Part shown: piece after piece, positions 56,486-60,644 of the stretch | Position numbering within the stretch: the first letter of the stretch is position 1 | How the letters are laid out: each line of letters starts with the position of its first letter | Assembly (NCBI GenBank): GCA_023334545.1 | Contig: JAADVB010000099.1 | Location: 1-60,644 of the forward strand | Direction of reading: 5' to 3' | Source: Salisapilia sapeloensis CBS 127946 | Lineage: Eukaryota > Protista > Oomycota | DNA length: 60,644 nt | Translations under genes and position numbers: made by a program | Notes under the pieces: model-generated | What the model was told of the DNA's origin: nothing | Databases searched by the model: none | The model's input: only the letters and a program-made list of their open reading frames with translations

Positions 56486-58057
56486 CTAGTCTGCCGTAAC
56501 CAATCCAGCAGGAGAAGCGTTGCAGTTGATATTAAAAGGCGTAAAACCTATGCTTTCAATACTTTCTTCTGGAATACCAAACTTCCGTAGCTTGGCTGTA
56601 AATGTCCTCAGGGAATCATTAAAACTCTTTCCTGCTTTTGCAACCTCGTATTGCAATTGACGTAACTGAGAGTCGCGACTATCCAGTAGCTGGTCTATGC
56701 TTTCTTTTACACGTGCAACCTGGCCTGCGTCCAAGTCCATTGCCATTTTCAGTACTTCGTCTAGTTGTGTATCTTTCTTTCCGCTCTGCTCTTCCATGAA
56801 GGATAACTTTTCCTCTAGTGCTACGTTTTTAACTTCTCCCTTACTGTGCATCGTTTGAATTGTCGTCTCAAAAGCGTCGTATAAAGCATTTTTGTCCATA
56901 ATAGCTTTCTTGTACGTATGCTTGATTTCAGTGTATCGAATCTTCATTTGCTTGATTTGCGTCGTCAAATGCTTCACACGAGCTTTAGCATGCCGAAGAG
57001 ATAACTCATCCTTCTTTTGACCCTTCAGTTCATGCCGCAAGAATTCAACTTCTTTCAAAGCTGCAGCTAAAGGCTCGGACAGCCTCTTGTTCTCCAACGC
57101 AACATCATGCATCAACTTCGTATTACTCTGAGCTTTGCGCTTCATAGTGACAATCTCATTCTTGAGTGCATCAATTAAGCGCAAGTTATCTCTTGTGATA
57201 TCGTTATAGTAATTCTTGATCTGGGCAAATGCTCGCTCGTGGTTCTTCATCAAGTCGTTGATGTGCAAATTTTTTCGCTCTTCGATCTCGTGAATATCCA
57301 CTTTCTTTCGTAGCTCCAAACCTTCATTAAGCTCTTTCAGTTTCTGCTCGCATCGTTCTTCCAAGCCTTTTAAGTTTAATTCGAATTGCTCACGAAGTTT
57401 CGCCAAATTCTTTTCATGTGCTTTCTTAATCTGTTCGATCTCTTCTTCATTCGAGAGTTCTCTTTCTTTCAATTCCAGTCGCAGCGACTGTTTCACAGTT
57501 TTTAATTGTGTCTCTCGTTGCCCATGAGAATCTTGAGCTTCATCCACCCGATTAAAGTTTTCACCCTGCAACTTCTTCAGGTTTGTTTGATGCTCAAATG
57601 TTAGATGCTTCACTTTCTGTGTGTATACACGAACTTCCACGCGATGATTGTCCTCCATGATTTCCATCTCTCGGTCTTTTTCCAAAAGTTGATTTGAATG
57701 TTCATCAAGGTCTGACTTGGTAACGTTGTAAAATGATTCAATTGTATCCTAGACACGAATAGTGAGTGTGAGCATAATCGCTTTCATCCTATACCTATCG
57801 TAGAGATCATACTCTTTCGTGCTGGACATAATTACGATCTACTTGAGCTTTATCAAGCTGCTGTTTCAGCATTTGAATAACTTCTTTAAGCATTAGAGCG
57901 TCCATCGTGTCGTATTCTAGTGATGAAGACTACAATTAAGCTCATATTAATACAATGTTAGGCGTGCTTCAGTACCAGAAGGCTCTTCAGGTAAAGCATC
58001 CTCCTCTTTGGATTGCTTCTTTCCTTTCTTTCCACCTTTCTTCTTCTTACCCGCCAT
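56486..58057 (-). CDS. GAS8: Dynein regulatory complex subunit 4 (GAS8), 3 exons
   Basis: MAGKKKKGGKK start, DRNYVQHER, HRVEVRVYTQKVKHL.FEH, KKVDIHEIEERKNLHIN.LM..HE.AF..IKNYYNDIT.DNL.LI and terminal PAGLV. Confidence 0.94.
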
Positions 58058-59437
58058 GGTGCTTATTTACTCAAGATAATCTCCAAGTTAGGAGCAAGAT
58101 CAAAGGGTGCGTATATCTTCGAATTGCGAAAGAGATAAGAATACCACGCTTCAATGCAAAAAGGCTCGGTAGTGTACGGAATGACTACTAAGAATAGATT
58201 TCATAAAGTGCGTTTCAAGATGATGATATTTAGGTAGCGAAAGAACGAGTGATTTTTAAGCTGTCACAGTACTGTATTTCAAGAACTTTATCTCACTAAG
58301 CTATGCGCTACAGTGCACTGAGCAGGTTGGTATATACCGTACATGACGCAAAGTGAATCATTAACTTGTTGTGACGTGCTAAGTTACTGAAGTAGTGACA
58401 GACTCCGATCTATCATTCCATTATCACTTTCCAATCTCCAGTTCTACTTTACACTATCGCGCCATCGTCCGGATAACGGGTATTCATACTTTTCACCGCG
58501 GCTACATCACCGTAGTCTTGCTCGACAGTGATGATGAAAGTGTTCAGTTTGCCAGCCAAAATGGTGGAGATCTTGCAGTTGAGCTGCCTATGAATGCAGC
58601 TTCCACCTAAACGAGTACACCAAAGCCCTTCACGTAAAATCATCAGCGCAAAAGACCTCCACCGTCATAGAAATACAGCACTTTGTACATGACGTAGTCA
58701 AGATCACCACGAGCGACCCTGATGGTCTTGGTTATTTTGGATCTTTTTGTTCCAAGCGTCTTCACCAACGTCTGTCTACAAGTACACTCGATAATATAGT
58801 CATAATGGGTGCACTGGATGCCTATCGACTGATTCTTTTCCAAGGTCACACTCTTAAGGTAGTCAGCGACTTTGAGGCCGAACGCAACATCAAACGAATT
58901 AGACACCTTTCGGTAATCCCCCATACGATCTAAGCACTAGTATGTTAACAAGATGCCAACGAAGATCTCTTTGGTACGGAAGATAATTATATCATCGCGA
59001 AAGATGTATTCAGTGCTCCACAACACTTTCAGATAAAAATTAGGAATACAGTCATGGAGGAAACTAAGATGATGAAAGCGATGATAAAGATGGAATTCTT
59101 CATGTCTGCTGAAGGTGCTGGCGGGTAGTTGTAAATTTGTAAATTAGCTCTTTTGTGATGGCATAATTTGTTCTCGTCGATTATTTAAAAGCTTCAAGAC
59201 ACTTTGACGTGATGAATTGTGTAGCGCATACGTATGGAGTGCGAAAGCCGTCTATACATTTCTATATTATTTGCGTTTGGCAACTGGATCTTTGTTTAAG
59301 CACTTGATGGCGTACAGTTCATGGGAAACTTTTTAATGCTCTAGTATTGTATTTCCTAAGGAAAACGACGAATACGATGAAAGGAACTCTCGCGTAGATA
59401 ATAACTCTGATGTTGGGCGATTTTTATGAACGCCTAA

Positions 59438-59851
59438 TATGGGGAGCTTCTGTGGATAGGTAGCACCTCCCTTGCAAATCGTCAAACGACGAATAATGAA
59501 GCTGAATACCGGGGCTTGCTGACTGGAGTTCAAGCGGCAAAGTCTCTACAATTCCGTCACCTTCACGTAGTAGGAGACAGTGCCATCATCCTACTGAAAC
59601 CTCAGCGCGGAGTAGAGTCAAAGGCTTCACATCTGAAACAATTGTTTCACCAATGCATATCGCTTGCGGTACACGTATCGGTGCTTTCCTGGACACATCA
59701 CCAACCTGCTTACAACAAAATGGCCGATCATGCAGCTAGTATGGCTGTGGACACTCAAACAAGTTTTCAGATGCTGGCTACGAACTTGCGACCAGAAGTT
59801 AAGGCAGGCCAGAACTTACGTCCGGGTGGCATCAGACAATGGTATAGGTAA
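59438..59851 (+). mobile_element. Truncated retroelement RNase HI-like domain (relic)
   Basis: WIGSTSLANRQTTNNEAEYRGLLTG, LHVVGDSAII and WTHHQPAYNKMADHAA match the RNase HI-like module of oomycete retrotransposons. It is preceded by in-frame TAA 59435-59437, the first catalytic Asp motif is missing and no RT is seen. Confidence 0.8.
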
Positions 59852-60644
59852 GAGCCATTGAGCATAACTGACGCCCCTACGTCCACCCCTCACTAGTCTC
59901 TCTTCTGTTCGCTGGGGGGTGTCTGCAGCAAGCACATAATTCTCACCGACTATTAACATTCACTAGATCTAGGTACCTAGGAAACGTAGCTATGTAATAG
60001 ACCGTGTTTCCAAAAAAGCGAGCGCCTAGTACCGATCCTAAGTTTCCGTACTAAAATGTATGTGATGGGTGGGGAGCTTCATGCGTATCATTACATTTTC
60101 CCTACCTATTTCTATATTTACCCGTACGAGGATAGCTAGTTGCCGAAAGTCAAGGCATGATGGGGGATTTCTTCACTATTACATTATCCACTTTACGATA
60201 CCAAATTGACAAGATTGGTATCGAAGTTTCCCGCTGAAACGAAACGTGCTCACGTCAGAAACTGCTCTTGTTCGTACGCACAAATTCTAAAGATCCGAAT
60301 CCGATAAGCATCGATAATGTACACTGCCAGAGATAAAATCCTGCGCTCAAGCATCCTCATTGACATTTCGGGTACTAGAGTTTCATATCAGCTCTAATAT
60401 AATTTTTTTTACTAGTGTTGCGATGTGGTAACCTAGAGTCGAAGCATTCGTCGCCCACGCACGTGTGTAAGTCAAGTCCGAGATTGCAGCACGAAGAGTA
60501 TACTTGCTGTACTCGTTCTCCTAGCTGTATCTATAGCAGTCATACTTTTGCACTTGGCAGCACGCGGATATGAAAAGTATATTTTCTTCCGTATGGTAAT
60601 CGAGCTTCGAGACTCGTATATTGAGATCCCTGTCGGCTTTTCGA

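Noticed and set aside
58449-58924. Minus-strand ORFs containing VLYFYDGGG, reminiscent of an RNase H first motif
   Set aside because: The downstream residues do not reproduce the NNxAEY or GDS motifs. Too weak to call.
59963-59980. Overlapping palindromes CTAGATCTAG and CTAGGTACCTAG
   Set aside because: Short, single occurrence, with no associated element ends or target-site duplication seen.
1-60644. CRISPR arrays, rRNA, long tandem repeats, prokaryotic operons, alternative genetic code
   Set aside because: None seen. Apparent stops in conserved genes are all explained by GT-AG introns under the standard code.

Overview
Eukaryotic genomic DNA, almost certainly from an oomycete. The evidence is an elicitin-like gene, a GPCR-inositol-phosphatase fusion, an oomycete INR/FPR core promoter motif and short GT-AG introns of mostly about 45-90 nt. 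The organism probably makes flagellated zoospores, since WDR92 and GAS8/DRC4 are present. The window is gene-dense: about 27 protein-coding genes, one tRNA-Arg(UCU), a retroelement RNase H relic at the right end and several probable short-exon genes missed by the ORF track. There are no CRISPR arrays or rRNA. Recognisable genes: Ygr210-type Obg NTPase, SAE1, UTP11, a CLK/LAMMER kinase, pyridoxal kinase, an NSUN2-type methyltransferase, dUTPase, CNOT2, a CLC, IWS1, WDR92 and GAS8. The best candidate for an undescribed system is an MLO-like channel fused to a calmodulin-like EF-hand domain, placed head-to-head with a multi-IQ protein carrying Cys/His repeats. Other highlights: three separate phosphatase-family genes with eroded catalytic motifs (DSP, PAP2, GPCR-INPP), a pyridoxal kinase with an extra HAD-like tail, a RING-TM-kinase and a channel-type CLC. 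All family calls come from motif recognition by eye; no searches were run, and exon models are manual.
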